Positions 12,244 through 26,700 of a DNA stretch of 64,000 nt are shown piece by piece. This DNA comes from Mayamaea pseudoterrestris. Lineage: Eukaryota. The DNA is taken from contig BROI01000019.1 in NCBI GenBank assembly GCA_027923505.1, positions 620,001 through 684,000 of the forward strand, written 5' to 3'. Below the pieces are notes generated by a model that worked only from the letters and a program-made list of their open reading frames with translations, was not told the DNA's origin and did not search any database. A program made the position numbers and the translations under genes. Every line of letters begins with the position of its first letter. The first letter of the stretch is position 1.

Positions 12244-12825
12244 ATGGACTCGCATTCCTACCATCAGCTACGCGCTATCTTGGGTCTTGACGCAAGTCAG
12301 TCGATAGCCATTCTATCCGACAATGCAAGACTTCATTCCAGTCCACACGCGTCAACATCGCAACGCCGACGCAAGTCAAGACGATGCACCAAGAAGCGGC
12401 GCTCCAAATCTCCTCCTTGTCGATGGGACGCTGTCAAGGAGTATGCACCTTCCATGCCGGCTCCAAGGTCACCATCTAGTAACAGCGAGAGCAAGCGAAC
12501 AAGTTGCAGCATGCCGCTTCGTCAACCCGTACGCATGAACTCGTTTGGAGACTCGGAAGACTTGATTCGCATGACGCAGGCGAGGAGAAGGAGTCGACCT
12601 GAAACAAAGACAACGAGTGACAAGAAGGACTGCACTCCGACGCCACCTCGTCGACTATTGATGGATACGAAGCGATTGTTTCCCAAAACAAATTTTTCGT
12701 CGCATTCGAAAAGCTTTGAGGAAATCTGGCAGCTACTTGATGACATGGCAGATCTTCCAGTTGACCCGGACGCAAATGACGACTGCTTGGAGCGACAGTC
12801 TCAAGGCATTCTGCAAGTGAGCTAG
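12244..12825 (+). CDS. Hypothetical low-complexity Ser/Arg/Pro-rich protein
   Basis: 193-aa ATG-initiated ORF in gene-dense region, no recognisable domain. Confidence 0.55.
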   Translation: MDSHSYHQLRAILGLDASQSIAILSDNARLHSSPHASTSQRRRKSRRCTKKRRSKSPPCRWDAVKEYAPSMPAPRSPSSNSESKRTSCSMPLRQPVRMNSFGDSEDLIRMTQARRRSRPETKTTSDKKDCTPTPPRRLLMDTKRLFPKTNFSSHSKSFEEIWQLLDDMADLPVDPDANDDCLERQSQGILQVS

Positions 12826-13574
12826 GGGTTATTGTAGTCTTACCGTTGAACGAAGGATGCAGGGAGTAGGAAAAGTGGAAATGAATGCACCATTGTACCC
12901 TGCTAAAGCTACGCTACTCTTTTATACAAACAATGCTATAATTTTTTGCCAAACATAAACTTTGCTACATCCATGTTCCATGTTTGTCCGTACTCGTACT
13001 CCTAGCTCACTGAAGGAGCTCGATTTACGTATCTCGTCAAGGTAATCCAAGCTCGACAAGCGACAACATACAACATGATGTTGATATCGCGGCATCGCGG
13101 CTTCAAAAGTATTCGCAGTGACAGAAATATTGCTAGACAAATGACCAGTGAGATGAAGATGTCCTTATATGCAAGACCCCCAATGGAGTATCATGTCAAT
13201 TTCGCTCTTGTGGCTCGAGAAAAGGAAATTCGACGACTAGCATGTCCTTATGAACGAACGACTACACTATCAACGTATCAAAGGCTTAAGATAAGGTAAT
13301 CCATCAAGTTACGAAAGAAGCCAGGCTGCTCGTTCCATGAGGCTTCCTTGAAAAGGTCAAGTTGCAGCTGCCGAATGAGGTCAGTTTGACGCCAAGATGT
13401 TCCGCGACTGAAAATCAAGTCGCAGCGAAACTCACTACAATTCCTTCGATCGATTCGTCGATCGACGACGGAATTGCTACTGCTGCTGACTTCATTGGAA
13501 GCAAACTCGTTGTAGTACAGTAAAGGCGCACTAGCAAGCAAGGAATTAGTTGCTCTAGACAATCTACGTTGAAA

Positions 13575-14747
13575 ATGCCGCATCCAGGAATCATACGCGA
13601 CAGACATGCCCACGAAGCAGAGTCGCTCTTGGCGCACACGCACCACCTGCATCATCCACTCCATGAAAGCTTGCTCAAGGCCAAGCGCCGAAGACGTCTG
13701 ACCTTTAGTCTATTGGCCTTTTTTCTAGTGCTCATGGTGCTCATGACGATTGGTTATGTGCAAGCCAAAAACAATGGTGGTGCAAACATGATTGCGCCAA
13801 GTGCAACGTCAAGCGAACTACTGAATGCAAGAGCAACCAAAGCACTGGATCAGTTGAACAAACTATGGAAGAAGAATATCAAGAAGAAAAAGAAGAAAAA
13901 GAATGTAAGCAGCAACAGCTGTGAAACCACCATTATCTTGCTTCGTCACTGCGAAAAGCAAGGGCCTGGCGTGTTTGATCACGACGGCAATGAGCATTGC
14001 AGCTACTTGGGATACCAGCGAGCCGAGTATTTGGTCGACCTGTTTACTGGAAAGACTGCAAAGTGGCCATTGCCTTCCTTTTTAATGGCATACGTACCCG
14101 ATCGAGGCTCTGGCCATTGGAACTTTCGCGAGTATGAAACGCTCGTGCCGCTGAGCAGCGAATTACAGATTGCCATCGACTTGGTCAAGCAGCATGACGC
14201 GCATACACATTTACTGGAGCTGATTGCCAATCGGGAAGTTTGCGATAAGGTGATTGCAATATCGTGGAAACATGAAATAATGCCTTGGCTAGCGGCGAGT
14301 CTTGGCTGTGGGCCCCAGCAAGGTTGCCCAATTGACTACCCCGACGATGAGTTTGATCAGGTTTGGCAGCTCAAATATGTGCTGCATGATGATAATGCAG
14401 GTGTAGCGCGACAGGAGGACCGTGATGGAGCTGGCGACCGAGCTGGCGACGACGAGAATGTCGATAAAAGCGAACTCGAGGATGAGTCAAGCATAATCGA
14501 CGAAGAGCAAGATCATGACGGTCACCGCGCACGATCCCTTCGTCGCCACTCGAAACAAACGCGAAACAGCAGCTCAAGCAGTGGATGGTACGTCTATGGA
14601 AGTACCGTTTATCAAAACTTTGATCCCTTGGCATTTAGCATGTCGCGCGGCAAGTATGGCGGTCGTCCTGACGAATCGCCTGCACCGGCAGCAGCGGCAA
14701 AGAGCGCATCTACTGCGACGGATAACGAAATGGGTGACGAAATATGA
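13575..14747 (+). CDS. Type II membrane histidine-phosphatase (phosphoglycerate mutase-like) superfamily protein
   Basis: N-terminal TM helix after an RRRR tract, IILLRHCEK (RHxE motif), GYQRA, ISWKHE and FDQVWQL. Confidence 0.7.
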   Translation: MPHPGIIRDRHAHEAESLLAHTHHLHHPLHESLLKAKRRRRLTFSLLAFFLVLMVLMTIGYVQAKNNGGANMIAPSATSSELLNARATKALDQLNKLWKKNIKKKKKKKNVSSNSCETTIILLRHCEKQGPGVFDHDGNEHCSYLGYQRAEYLVDLFTGKTAKWPLPSFLMAYVPDRGSGHWNFREYETLVPLSSELQIAIDLVKQHDAHTHLLELIANREVCDKVIAISWKHEIMPWLAASLGCGPQQGCPIDYPDDEFDQVWQLKYVLHDDNAGVARQEDRDGAGDRAGDDENVDKSELEDESSIIDEEQDHDGHRARSLRRHSKQTRNSSSSSGWYVYGSTVYQNFDPLAFSMSRGKYGGRPDESPAPAAAAKSASTATDNEMGDEI

Positions 14748-15137
14748 CAGGGCATTAACGTTTCGTTGCCTTTGACGGTAATGCTAGTGTACAAACCGTT
14801 GCATTTTTGATCAGGGCGGATTCTGCCTTGTGCCGCAAATAACCGCATACTTTATGTGATCGTATAGTTTGTTATAGTTAAAACAGGAGAAATGGCAAAT
14901 GGGACGCATTCTTAATAAGCATGCTAATGTAGCTTGTGGGCATGCTCCGGCAAGCGCATGATTGACACCCATCTTCCCAACTATTCCAGAATCTGAAAAG
15001 ATGATCATTTATCAAGACGAGTAATTACACCTGAAACATGTCTTAGGAGGTGGCTTACCAGTACGGTGCAGTACTCATAACTTGCAAATGATGGGATTAG
15101 CTACCTGCAAAGATATTGTCTGTCACATCGGTTATGA

Positions 15138-16661
<1,524 letters not shown>

Positions 16662-16758
16662 TGAAGTGGCACAGCGCTTTCTTTGCTATAAGATGTGATT
16701 AATTTATTCTTAAATGAAAGCTGAGACCCTTTGCATTAGCTGTTCTACACTAATATAA

Positions 16759-17524
16759 TTAAAAGAAACCGGGCGACTTCTTCTTGTCTGCCGACTCACT
16801 CTTTCCAGAGAATCCAATGGCCATTAGCTGCTCGACGGCAGCACTCTTTTCACCCATGGCTTCCGATCTTAGTAGTGCCATTTCCACAGCCGTCTTGCCC
16901 CAGTCATACCCATGATTGTTTGAGGCACTGCTTCTAGCTCTCACTTGATCCTCATTCAAGCAAGTCAAAACCCCAAATACAATGGGAATATTCGTTTGAA
17001 TGCCAATATTCATAATGCCCTTGGAGACGGCGTCAGCAATATATTCAAAGTGCATGGTGTCTCCCTTGATCAAGACTCCGGCGCAAACAATGGCATCGAC
17101 CGTACCCGACAGCGCCAAGAATCGAGCCGCCAGCGGTAGTTCAAAGCTGCCTGGAACCGTTGTTTCGAAAATGTTCGAGTCTTCCACCTTGCACTCCTTC
17201 AAAGCGGTGCGGCAGGCCTTGACGAGACTACCAACGTGCTCGTCGTTCCATCGAGTGCGAATGATTCCAATCCGTACCTTGCTGCCATCCAAGTCACCAA
17301 ATGATACTTCCGACTCAGCTGCCTGTGAATGTTGAAGGAGTTTGACAAGTTGTAACAGTTGAGAAAGCAGAATGAATTGCCATTTGCCATTCGGCTGTGC
17401 GTGGCCGACTGACGCTCACCTTGAGTTGCGTCGTCAATCTAGAATAAGGCGTGAGAGGCAGCGCGAATCCGCTGATACCTGACACGTGCAGAGCTAGAAG
17501 AAATGTCGATAGTATAAAATTCAT
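16759..17524 (-). CDS. ribH: 6,7-dimethyl-8-ribityllumazine synthase, plastid-targeted; 2 exons (intron 17323-17419)
   Basis: TRWN, VPGSFELP, GDTMHFEYI and PIVFGVLT motifs. The GT-AG intron joins a signal-peptide exon (…ISG-FALP, ASAFAP-like) in frame. Confidence 0.93.
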
Positions 17525-17874
17525 TGTGAGAATAGCTAACTGTAATTTTATAGGCAGAAGGTGATGGTCGTCGCAGTCGGATCTTTCATCGCTCGTCCTT
17601 TATGGTGCGCTGGGAATGACGCAGCGGGAATCTTTCAGTACCGGTACGATTCGCATACATTCGCACGACTTCCCATCTTGATGCCGTCAACGACCAACAT
17701 CCAAGGCCATTACTCTGACAGTAGCCTGTTGCACTCCTGCAAAGATTGGCGTGTTGTGAATGCATTGCGTAGATAGTACTTCTAATAGTGTTAAGGAGCT
17801 GACTGTGTTGAAACTGGTGTCGGTGTTCTCGCTTTAATCATCGGCCTTCATTTCAGCATTTTCTTTGTGAGACA

Positions 17875-19025
17875 ATGTATCTAGCAACAGCCGGTAGATC
17901 ATTCACCAAAAAAGCCATGGATTTTGTCAATCGCAGTTTTAGTTCCAAGCCAAGGGCGATATTCTTGAACGCATCACGACTCGACTATGACAATGCCCTC
18001 GACTGGAGTCGGCTGCAATCAATCGTCGACTTGACGCTCCATCAGACCGACTACGTTCGCGACGAGCAGGAAATAATTGACCTCGTTCAAAAGCAAGAGA
18101 TTGTCATTACCAAGGAAATGCACGTTCCAGTTTCTGCGTTTGATAAATTTCCTACCTCGGTGAAACTCTTGTGCGAGGCTGGCACTGGCTACAACAACCT
18201 TCCAACCAAGGCAGCTCGCGAGCGAAACGTTGCTGTCTGCAACGTTCCAACCTACTCGACGCATGCCGTCGCCCACATGGCTATTACCTATTTGATGAAC
18301 TTTAGTGTATCCATGCTGGAGCAGCAACGAATGCTGCTGCAGAACGATCGGTCCAACTTTACGGGCCCATTTACGCTGCCATTGCATGAGTTGAATGATG
18401 GTACGTTTCTTTCAAAGATAAGATTCTTATTACAAATATCTTGTTCAATATTGACTAAATATTTCACTTTCTTTTAGCTACGATTGGTCTCGTGGGGGGC
18501 GCTGGACGTATTGGCAGTCAAGTGGCCGAAATTTGTCTCGCGCTGGGCATGAAGGTCATTATCAGCAGTCGGCGAGGCGAGCTGCCAAATGGACACAAAC
18601 TCAAGGAACACGCGCAAGTGGAATGCACCAGTGACCTTGACTACTTGCTTCAACAATCGGACTACGTTTCCATTCATACGCCACTCAATGATGAAACCCG
18701 AGGAACCTTTGGTCGAGCGCAGATGGAGCGGATGAAACCGTCAGCCTTTCTCATCAACACGAGTCGCGGAGCTGTTTGCAACGAGGACGAATTGATTGAC
18801 TGTCTCGAGCGCAAGGTGATTAAAGGGGCCGGGCTAGATGTGACGACACTCGAGCCGCCATTACCAGATTCCAAACTTTGGTCGCTGGACAATGTTTGGC
18901 TGACTCCTCACACTGGTTGGCGCCGCCTCGAAACAAGGCAACGCCTCGTCGACATGACGGCTGACAATATTGAAGCATACTGCAAGGCGAATACTGATGC
19001 TGATTTGATTAACGTAGTAAACTAG
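17875..19025 (+). CDS. D-isomer-specific 2-hydroxyacid dehydrogenase (glycerate/hydroxypyruvate reductase-like); intron 18401-18477
   Basis: Splicing yields TIGLVGGAGRIG (Rossmann motif). Also LINTSRG, GAGLDV..EP and LTPH. Confidence 0.9.
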
Positions 19026-19098
19026 CTACCGATTACGATTATAGAATTGCAGGTAGCCAGTCACAAGCGCGCGTCACGACGCACTGTATCCACACATT

Positions 19099-20154
19099 TT
19101 ACCCTCGCTTGCCTCGTCGCTTTGTCGCTGATCCGCCAGCATTTGCGGCAGACGCAGCAGCTGCTGTTGCTCCCGTTGCTATTGCGCCAGTGGCGCCATC
19201 CAATTGCTGCTGTGCATTCACTGCAGTTGCGCCATCGCCAGTCGCCTTTGCTTCCTCAGCAGCAGGCTGAGATCCAAACAAATTCATGAGCATGATTGGA
19301 ACAATAATGTACCAGTAGCGCTTGAAAAAGTCCATGGGGCCAGTAATGGGTTCTGGTTCTGCCGAAGGGCCGCCGCCAGCACCACCAACATTTGGACCGG
19401 CCGTTTTGGCCTTGGGAAAGAATTTCAAACCTGGCGGAGGCTTTGACATGGGTGGCAAAATAGTTCGCAGCGTCATGCCGGGAGTCGCCGTTTCAAAAGA
19501 GATTTTCGAATCAAAGGCAAGATTCTCCAGGCTTGGTAGTTGATCAACCACTTGTTGACAAGACGTGAGCGCCAAGGGCGAAACAAGCGGCACGTACGAA
19601 ATGCCAATCACATTGGCGCTGCTGTCAAACGTCAAAATGACTTCGTCCCTAGAAACAAAAGAAAAATGATGAACCATGAGCGATGAGCGATGCATTTTTA
19701 TACTTGCTGTATCGTTTAACCATAGGGCCGCGGCCTTAAGCAAGCTACTCTTGACTTTCATGTTTGGTACGTACCGAAAATTGGCACGCAACACTTGGCA
19801 GGCAGGAACACTCGTCACGACTGGATGGCGCGATGCATCGTCATCAGAGACAAGCTTCACTTGGTATAGTTTGGGCGCATCGACATTAGTTAAAAGCTGT
19901 TCCATGACTTTGTTTGATGATTGCGTTGCTTGTTCATTTTCGATTTCGAGGACTGCTGCCAAACTTTCTTCTGGAACTTTTAATGTGATGGAACTCCTCT
20001 TTTCAAAGTTAGGTTCTTGATTAGGAGTAACGACAGCATGATACAATGTCCATGATAAGCTTTCTGAAGATTCCGCTATGACCGTGACAAGTATTGTGCA
20101 GAAAATCAAAAGCAGGGCCATCGATGAAGAATGAGCGTTGTGTATTCGTGCCAT
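19099..20154 (-). CDS. EMC10: ER membrane protein complex subunit 10-like; in-frame intron 19649-19774
   Basis: Signal peptide, TSVPAC..ANFRDEV after splicing, and C-terminal FFKRYWYIIVP TM motif typical of EMC10. Confidence 0.75.
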   Translation of the reverse strand: MARIHNAHSSSMALLLIFCTILVTVIAESSESLSWTLYHAVVTPNQEPNFEKRSSITLKVPEESLAAVLEIENEQATQSSNKVMEQLLTNVDAPKLYQVKLVSDDDASRHPVVTSVPACQVLRANFRYVPNMKVKSSLLKAAALWLNDTASIKMHRSSLMVHHFSFVSRDEVILTFDSSANVIGISYVPLVSPLALTSCQQVVDQLPSLENLAFDSKISFETATPGMTLRTILPPMSKPPPGLKFFPKAKTAGPNVGGAGGGPSAEPEPITGPMDFFKRYWYIIVPIMLMNLFGSQPAAEEAKATGDGATAVNAQQQLDGATGAIATGATAAAASAANAGGSATKRRGKRG

Positions 20155-20417
20155 CGTCCAAAGTCGAATGATGTAAAACTCAAGGTCGCAGCACTAAAGA
20201 CTTAAAAACGTGGCGTACTCTGTTTCGACCGAAGAGCAAGGTTACACAGCTGCTCCCTTGTTCTTATATTATTGCTTTGACGCCGGCATGGATGGTTCGT
20301 CGCCATGGTGATCGAACGACGAGCAGGCATTGCGTCTGTCTGGTATTAACGTCAGCTAACGTGTCCTACCCAAGTATGGTATGAATGATTCACTTTCGGT
20401 CGCCCTTTGAATGATAA

Positions 20418-20778
20418 ATTGAAGGCATTGCACTTTCTGCATCATGAAACAATGCCTGTCAACTGCCAGCTATCAATGTATACCTCTCTGGCCATTGGAG
20501 TGGATCACGGCAGCCAGCTCAAGCTTGGGGTCCCAAAATTCTGGCAGAACTTGGAGACTAGATGGGCAAGTGATGTCTGCATTGCACTTTCTACATCATG
20601 AAACAAAGCTTGTCCACTGCCAACTATCAATGTATACCTCTGGCCGTTGGAGTGGATCACGGCAGCCAGCTACTGTGGACAAGCCTGGGGCCAAGAAATT
20701 TGGGCAGTCCTACTGGCAGAACTTGGAGATTAGATGGGCAAGTGATGAATGCATTGCACTTTCTGCATCATGAAAAAA
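20418..20778. repeat. Satellite L: ~2 copies of a ~155-175-bp monomer at left edge of block 2
   Basis: gcattgcactttct(g/a)catcatgaaa recurs at ~20425, 20579 and 20751. An inverted copy is at ~35845-36027. Confidence 0.9.
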
Positions 20779-23700
20779 GTTGAGGTGCACCGCTGGCAGA
20801 TCCAACAAGATATTGGATCTGCTAAGTCTCACCATGGCAGACAGGCTAATGGATATTGGGGTGATAGTCACAACAGCATTGGCTCAAAATGTCAACAAAC
20901 ATAAGAGGAAAGGGGTTGGATGGCTTAGCAGACAAGGCAGATTATCCTGTAGTCAAACATGGTGCACTGCTAGCACATTCAACAACTTGTTGAATGTGCG
21001 GAGTCTCATGGCGCAATGCTGCATTCGACACCACTAATGACATGACTATTGGTCCAATTGTATCATATGTATTCTGTTTTGAATATATTTTAGTCTGCAG
21101 GCAATTCTGGCATTCTGTCTACCAGTGGAGGTGCACCGCTGGCAGATCCAACAAGTTATTGGATCTGCCGACCAGTTGAGGTGCACCGCCGGCAGATCCA
21201 ACAAGTTATTGGATCTGCCATGTCTCACCATGATGGATGGGCGGGTGGATATTGGGGTGATAGTCACCCCAGCATTTGCTCAAAATGTCAACAAACATAA
21301 GAGGAATGGGGTTGGATGGCTTAGCAGACAAGGCAGATTATCCTGTCGCTAAAGCATGGTGCACTGCTAGCACATTCAACAACTTGTTGAATGTGCGTTG
21401 TCTCATGGCGCAATGCTGCAATCCACACCACAATTGACATGAATATTGGTCCAACTGTATCATATGTATTTTGGTTTCAATATATTATAGTCTGCAGGCC
21501 ATTCTGGCAGTCTTTCTACCAGTTGAGGGGCACGGCTGGCAGATCCAAGAAGTAATTAAATCTGCCGAGTCTCACCATGGCAGACAGGCTGGTGGATATT
21601 GGGGTGATAGTCACCACAGCATTGGCTCAAAACGTCAACAAACATAAGAGGAATGGGTTGGATGGCTTAGCAGGCAAGGCTGATGATCCTGTAGTCAAAG
21701 CATGGTGCACTGCTAGCACATTCAACAACTTGTTGAATGTGCTGAGTCTCATGGCGCAATGCTGCAATCCACACCACAACTGACATGACTATTGGTCCAA
21801 TTGTATCAGATGTATTTTAATATTTTTTAGTCTGAAGGCCATTCTGGAAGTCTCTCTACCAGTTGAGGTGCACCGCTGGCAGATCCAACAAGATATTGGA
21901 TCTGCTAAGTCTCACCATGGCAGACAGGCTAATGGATATTGGGGTGATAACCACCACAGCATTGCTCAAAATGTCAACAAATATAAGAGGAAAGGGGTTG
22001 GATGGCTTAGCAGGCAAGGCAGATTATCCTGTAGTCAAACATGGTGCACTGCTAGCACATTCAACAACTTGTTGAATGTGCCAAGTCTCATGGCGCAATG
22101 CGGCATTCCACACCACAATTGACATGACTATTGGTCCAATTGTATCATATGTATTCTGTTTTGAATATATTTTAGTCTGCAGGCCATTCTGGCAGTCTGT
22201 CTACCAGTGGAGGTGCACCGCCGGCAGATCCAACAAGTTATTGGATCTGCCATGTCTCACCATGATGGATGGGCGGGTGGATATTGGGGTGATCGACACC
22301 ACAGCATTGGCTCAAAATGTCAACACACAGAAGTGGAAAGGGGTTGGATGGCAAAGCAGGCAAGGCTGATGATCCTGTAGCTAAAGCATGGTGCACGGCT
22401 AGCACATTCAACAACTTGTTAAATGTGCGGAGTCTCATGGCGCAATGCTGCAATCCACACCACAATTGACATGACTCTTGGTCCAATTGTATCATATGTA
22501 TTTTGGTTTCAATATTCTTGGGTCTGCAGGCCATTCTGGCAGTCTGTGTACCAGTGGAGGTGCACCACTGGCAGATCCAACAAGTAGTTATTGGAACTGC
22601 CAAGTCCCCCCATGGCAGACATGCTGGTGGATATTGGGGTGATAGTCACCCCAGCATTGGCTCCAATTGTCAACAGACATAAGTGGAAAGCAGCTGGATG
22701 GCAAAGCAGGCAGTGCAGATTATCCTGTAGTTAAAGCATGGTGCACTGCTAGCACATTCAACAACTTGTTGAATGTGCAGAGTCTCATGGCGCAATGCTG
22801 CAATCCACACCACAATTGACATGACTATTTGTCCAATTGTATCATATGTATTTTGGTTTTAATATTTTTGGGCCTGCAGGCCATTCTGGCTGTCTCTCTA
22901 CCAGTAGAGGTGCACCGCTGGCAGATCCAACAAGGTATTGGATCTGCCAAGTCCTACCATGGCAGACAGGCTGGTGGATATTGGGGTGATAGTCACCCCA
23001 GCATTTGCTCAAAATGTCAACAAACATAAGTGGAAAGCAGCTGGATGGCAAAGCAGGCAAGGCAGATCATCCTGTAGCCAAAGCATGGTGCACTGCTAGC
23101 ACATTCAACAACTTGTTGAATGTGTGGAGTCTCATGGTGCAATGCTGCAATCCACACCACTATTGACATGACTATTGATCCAATTGTATCATATGTATTT
23201 TGGTTTCAATATTCTTGGGTCTGCAGGCCATTCTGGCAGTCTCTATACCAGTTGAGGTGCACCGCTGGCAGATCCAACAAGTTATTGGATCTGCCGAGTC
23301 CCACCATGGCAGACAGGCTAGTGAATATTGGGGTGATAGACACCCGAGCATTGGCTCAAAATGTCAACATACATAAGTGGGAAGGAGTTGGATGGCAAAG
23401 CAGGCAAGGCAGATGATCCCATAGCTAAAGCATGGTGCACGGCTAGCACATTCAACAACTTGTTGAATGTGCGGAGTCTCATGGCGCAATGCTGCAATCC
23501 ACACCACAATTGACATGACTATTGGTCCAATTGTATCATATGTATTTTGGTTTCAATATTCTTGGGTCTGCAGGCCGTTCTAGCAGTCTCTCTACCAGTG
23601 GAGGTGCACCACTGGCAGATTTAACAAGTTATTGGATCTGCCGAGTCCCACCATGGCAGACAGGCTGGTGGATATTAGGATGATAGTCACCCCAGCATTG

Positions 23701-26700
23701 GCTCAAAATGTCAACAAAATAAGAGGAATGGCTTGGATGGCTTAGCAGGCAAGGCTGATGATCCTGTAGCCAAAGCATGGTGCACTGCTAGCATATTCAA
23801 CAACTTGTTGAATGTGCGGAGTCTCATGGCGCAATGCTGTGTTCCACACCACAATTGACATGACTATAGGTCCAATTGTATCATTTTTATTTTGGCTTCA
23901 ATATTCTTGGGTCTGCAGGGCATTCTGGCAGTCTCTCTACCAGTGGAGGTGCACTGCTGGCAGATCCAACAAGTTATTGGATCTGCCGAGTCCCACCATG
24001 GCAGACAGGCTGGTGGATATTGGGGTGATAGTCACCCCAGCATTGGCTCAAAATGTCAACAAACATAAGAGGAATGGGCTGGATGGCTTAGCAGGCAAGA
24101 CTGATGATCCTGCAGCTAAAGCATGGTGCACTGCTAGCACATTCAACAACTTGTTGAATGTGCGTAGTCTCATGGCGCAATGCTGCAATCCACACCACAA
24201 TTGACATGACTATTGGTCTTATTGTATTATTTGTATTTTGGGTTCAATATTCTTGGGTCTGCAGGCCATTCTGGCAGTCTCTCTACCAGTGGAGGTGCAC
24301 CTCTGGCAGATCCAACAAGTTATTGGATCTGCCGAGTCCCACCATGCCAGATAGGCTGGTGGATATTGGGGTGATAGTCACCCCAGCATTTGCTCAAAAT
24401 GTCAACAAACATAAGTGGAAAGGGGTTGGATGGCTTAGCAGGCAAGGCTGATGATACTGTAGCTAAAGCATGGTGCACAGCTAGCACATTCAATAACTTG
24501 TTGAATGTGTGGAGTCTCATGGCGCAATGCTGCGTTCCACACCACACTTGACATGACTATTGGTCCAACTGTATCATATGTATTTTGGTTTCAATATTCT
24601 TGGGTCTGCAGGCCATTCTGGCAGTCTCTCTACCAGTGGAGGTGCACCGCTGGCAGATCCAACAAGTTATTGGATCTGCTGAGTCCCACCATGGCAGACA
24701 GGCTGGTGGATATTGGGGTTATAGTCACCCCAGCATTGGCTCAAAATGTCAACAAACATAGGTGGAAAGGGGTTGGATGGCGTAGCAGGCAAGGCTGATG
24801 TTACTGTAGATATAGCATGGTGCACCGCTAGCACATTCAACTTGTTGAATGTGCGGAGTCTCATGGCGCAATGCTGTGTTCCACACCACACTTGACATGA
24901 CTATTGGTCCAATTGTATCATATGAATTTTGGTTTCAATATTTTTTAGTTTGCAGGCCATTCTGGTTGTCTCACTACCAGTAGAGGTGCACCTCTGGCAG
25001 ATCCAACAAGTTATTGGATCTGCCGAGTTCCACCATGCCAGATAGGCTGGTGGATATTGGGGTGATAGTCACCCCAGCATTTGCTCAAAATGTCAACAAA
25101 CATAAGTGGAAAGGGGTGGGATGGCTTAGCAGACAAGGCAGATTATCCTGTCGCTAAAGCATGGTGCACTGCTAGCACATTCAACAACTTGTTGAATGTG
25201 CGTTGTCTCATGGCGCAATGCTGCAATCCACACCACAATTGACATGACTATTGGTCCAACTGTATCATATGTATTTTGGTTTCAATATTTATTAATTCTG
25301 GCAGCTTACCAGGAGGTGCATCGCTGGCAGATCCAACAAGTTATTGGATCTGCCGAGTCCCACCATGGCAGACAGGCTGGTGGATATTGGGGTTATAGTC
25401 ACCCCAGCATTGGCTCAAAATGTCAACAAACATAGGTGGAAAGGGGTTGGATGGCGTAGCAGGCAAGGCTGATGATGCTGTTGCTAGAGCATGGTGTTGT
25501 TGAATGTGCGGAGTCTCATGGCGCAATGCTGCAATCCACACCACAATTGACATGACTATTGGTCCAACTGTATCATATGTATTTTGTTCTCAATATATTT
25601 AAGTCTGCAGGCCATTCTGGCAGTCTCTCTACTAGTTGAGGTGCACTGCTGGCAGATCCAACAAGTTATTGAATCTGCCGAGTCTCACCATGGCAGACAG
25701 GCTGGTGGATATTGGGGTGATAGTCACACCAGCATTGGCTCAAAATGTCAACAAACATATAGGAAAGAGGAGTTGGATGGCTTAGCAGGCAAGGCCGAGA
25801 TGATCCTATAGCCAAAGCTGGTGTGACTGCTGGCACATTCAACAACTTGTTGAATGTCGCGTAGTCTCATGGCACAATGCTTCCGCACCACAATTGACGC
25901 GACTTTTGGTCCAATTGTATCATATGTGTTTTTGTTTCAATATTTTTGGTCTGCAGGCCATTCTGGCTGTCTCTTACCACTGAGGTGCACCGCTGGCAGA
26001 TCCAACAAGTTATTGGATCTGCCGAGACCATGGCAGACAGGCTGGTGGATATTGGGGTGATAGTCACCTCAGCTTTGGCTCAAAATGTCAACCAACATAA
26101 TAGGGAAAGGGGTTGGATGGCTTAGCAGGCAAGGCTGATGATCCTGTAGCCAAAGCATGGTGCACTGCTAGCACATTCAACAACTTGTTGAATGTGCGTA
26201 GTCTCATGGCACAATGCTGCTCCACACCACAATTCGTACATGACTATTGGTCCAATTGTATGCAGTCTCTCTACCAGTGGAGGTGCACCGCTGGCAGATC
26301 CAACAAGTTATTGGATCTGCTGAGTCCCACCATGGCAGACAGGCTGGTGGATATTGGGGTTATAGTCACCCCAGCATTGGCTCAAAATGTCAACAAACAT
26401 AGGTGGAAAGGGGTTGGATGGCGTAGCAGGCAAGGCTGATGTTACTGTAGATATAGCATGGTGCACCGCTAGCACATTCAACTTGTTGAATGTGCGGAGT
26501 CTCATGGCGCAATGCTGTGTTCCACACCACACTTGACATGACTATTGGTCCAATTGTATCATATGAATTTTGTTAATTTTAGTTTGCAGGCCATTCTGGT
26601 TGTCTCACTACCAGTAGAGGTGCACCTCTGGCAGATCCAACAAGTTATTGGATCTGCCGAGTTCCACCATGCCAGATAGGCTGGTGGATATTGGGGTGAT

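Noticed and set aside
21675..21725. Hammerhead ribozyme in satellite C (CTGATGA box, retrozyme-like unit size)
   Set aside because: No GAAA box (caaa/taaa instead), no stem II, and stem I cannot form. Many copies read cagatta instead.
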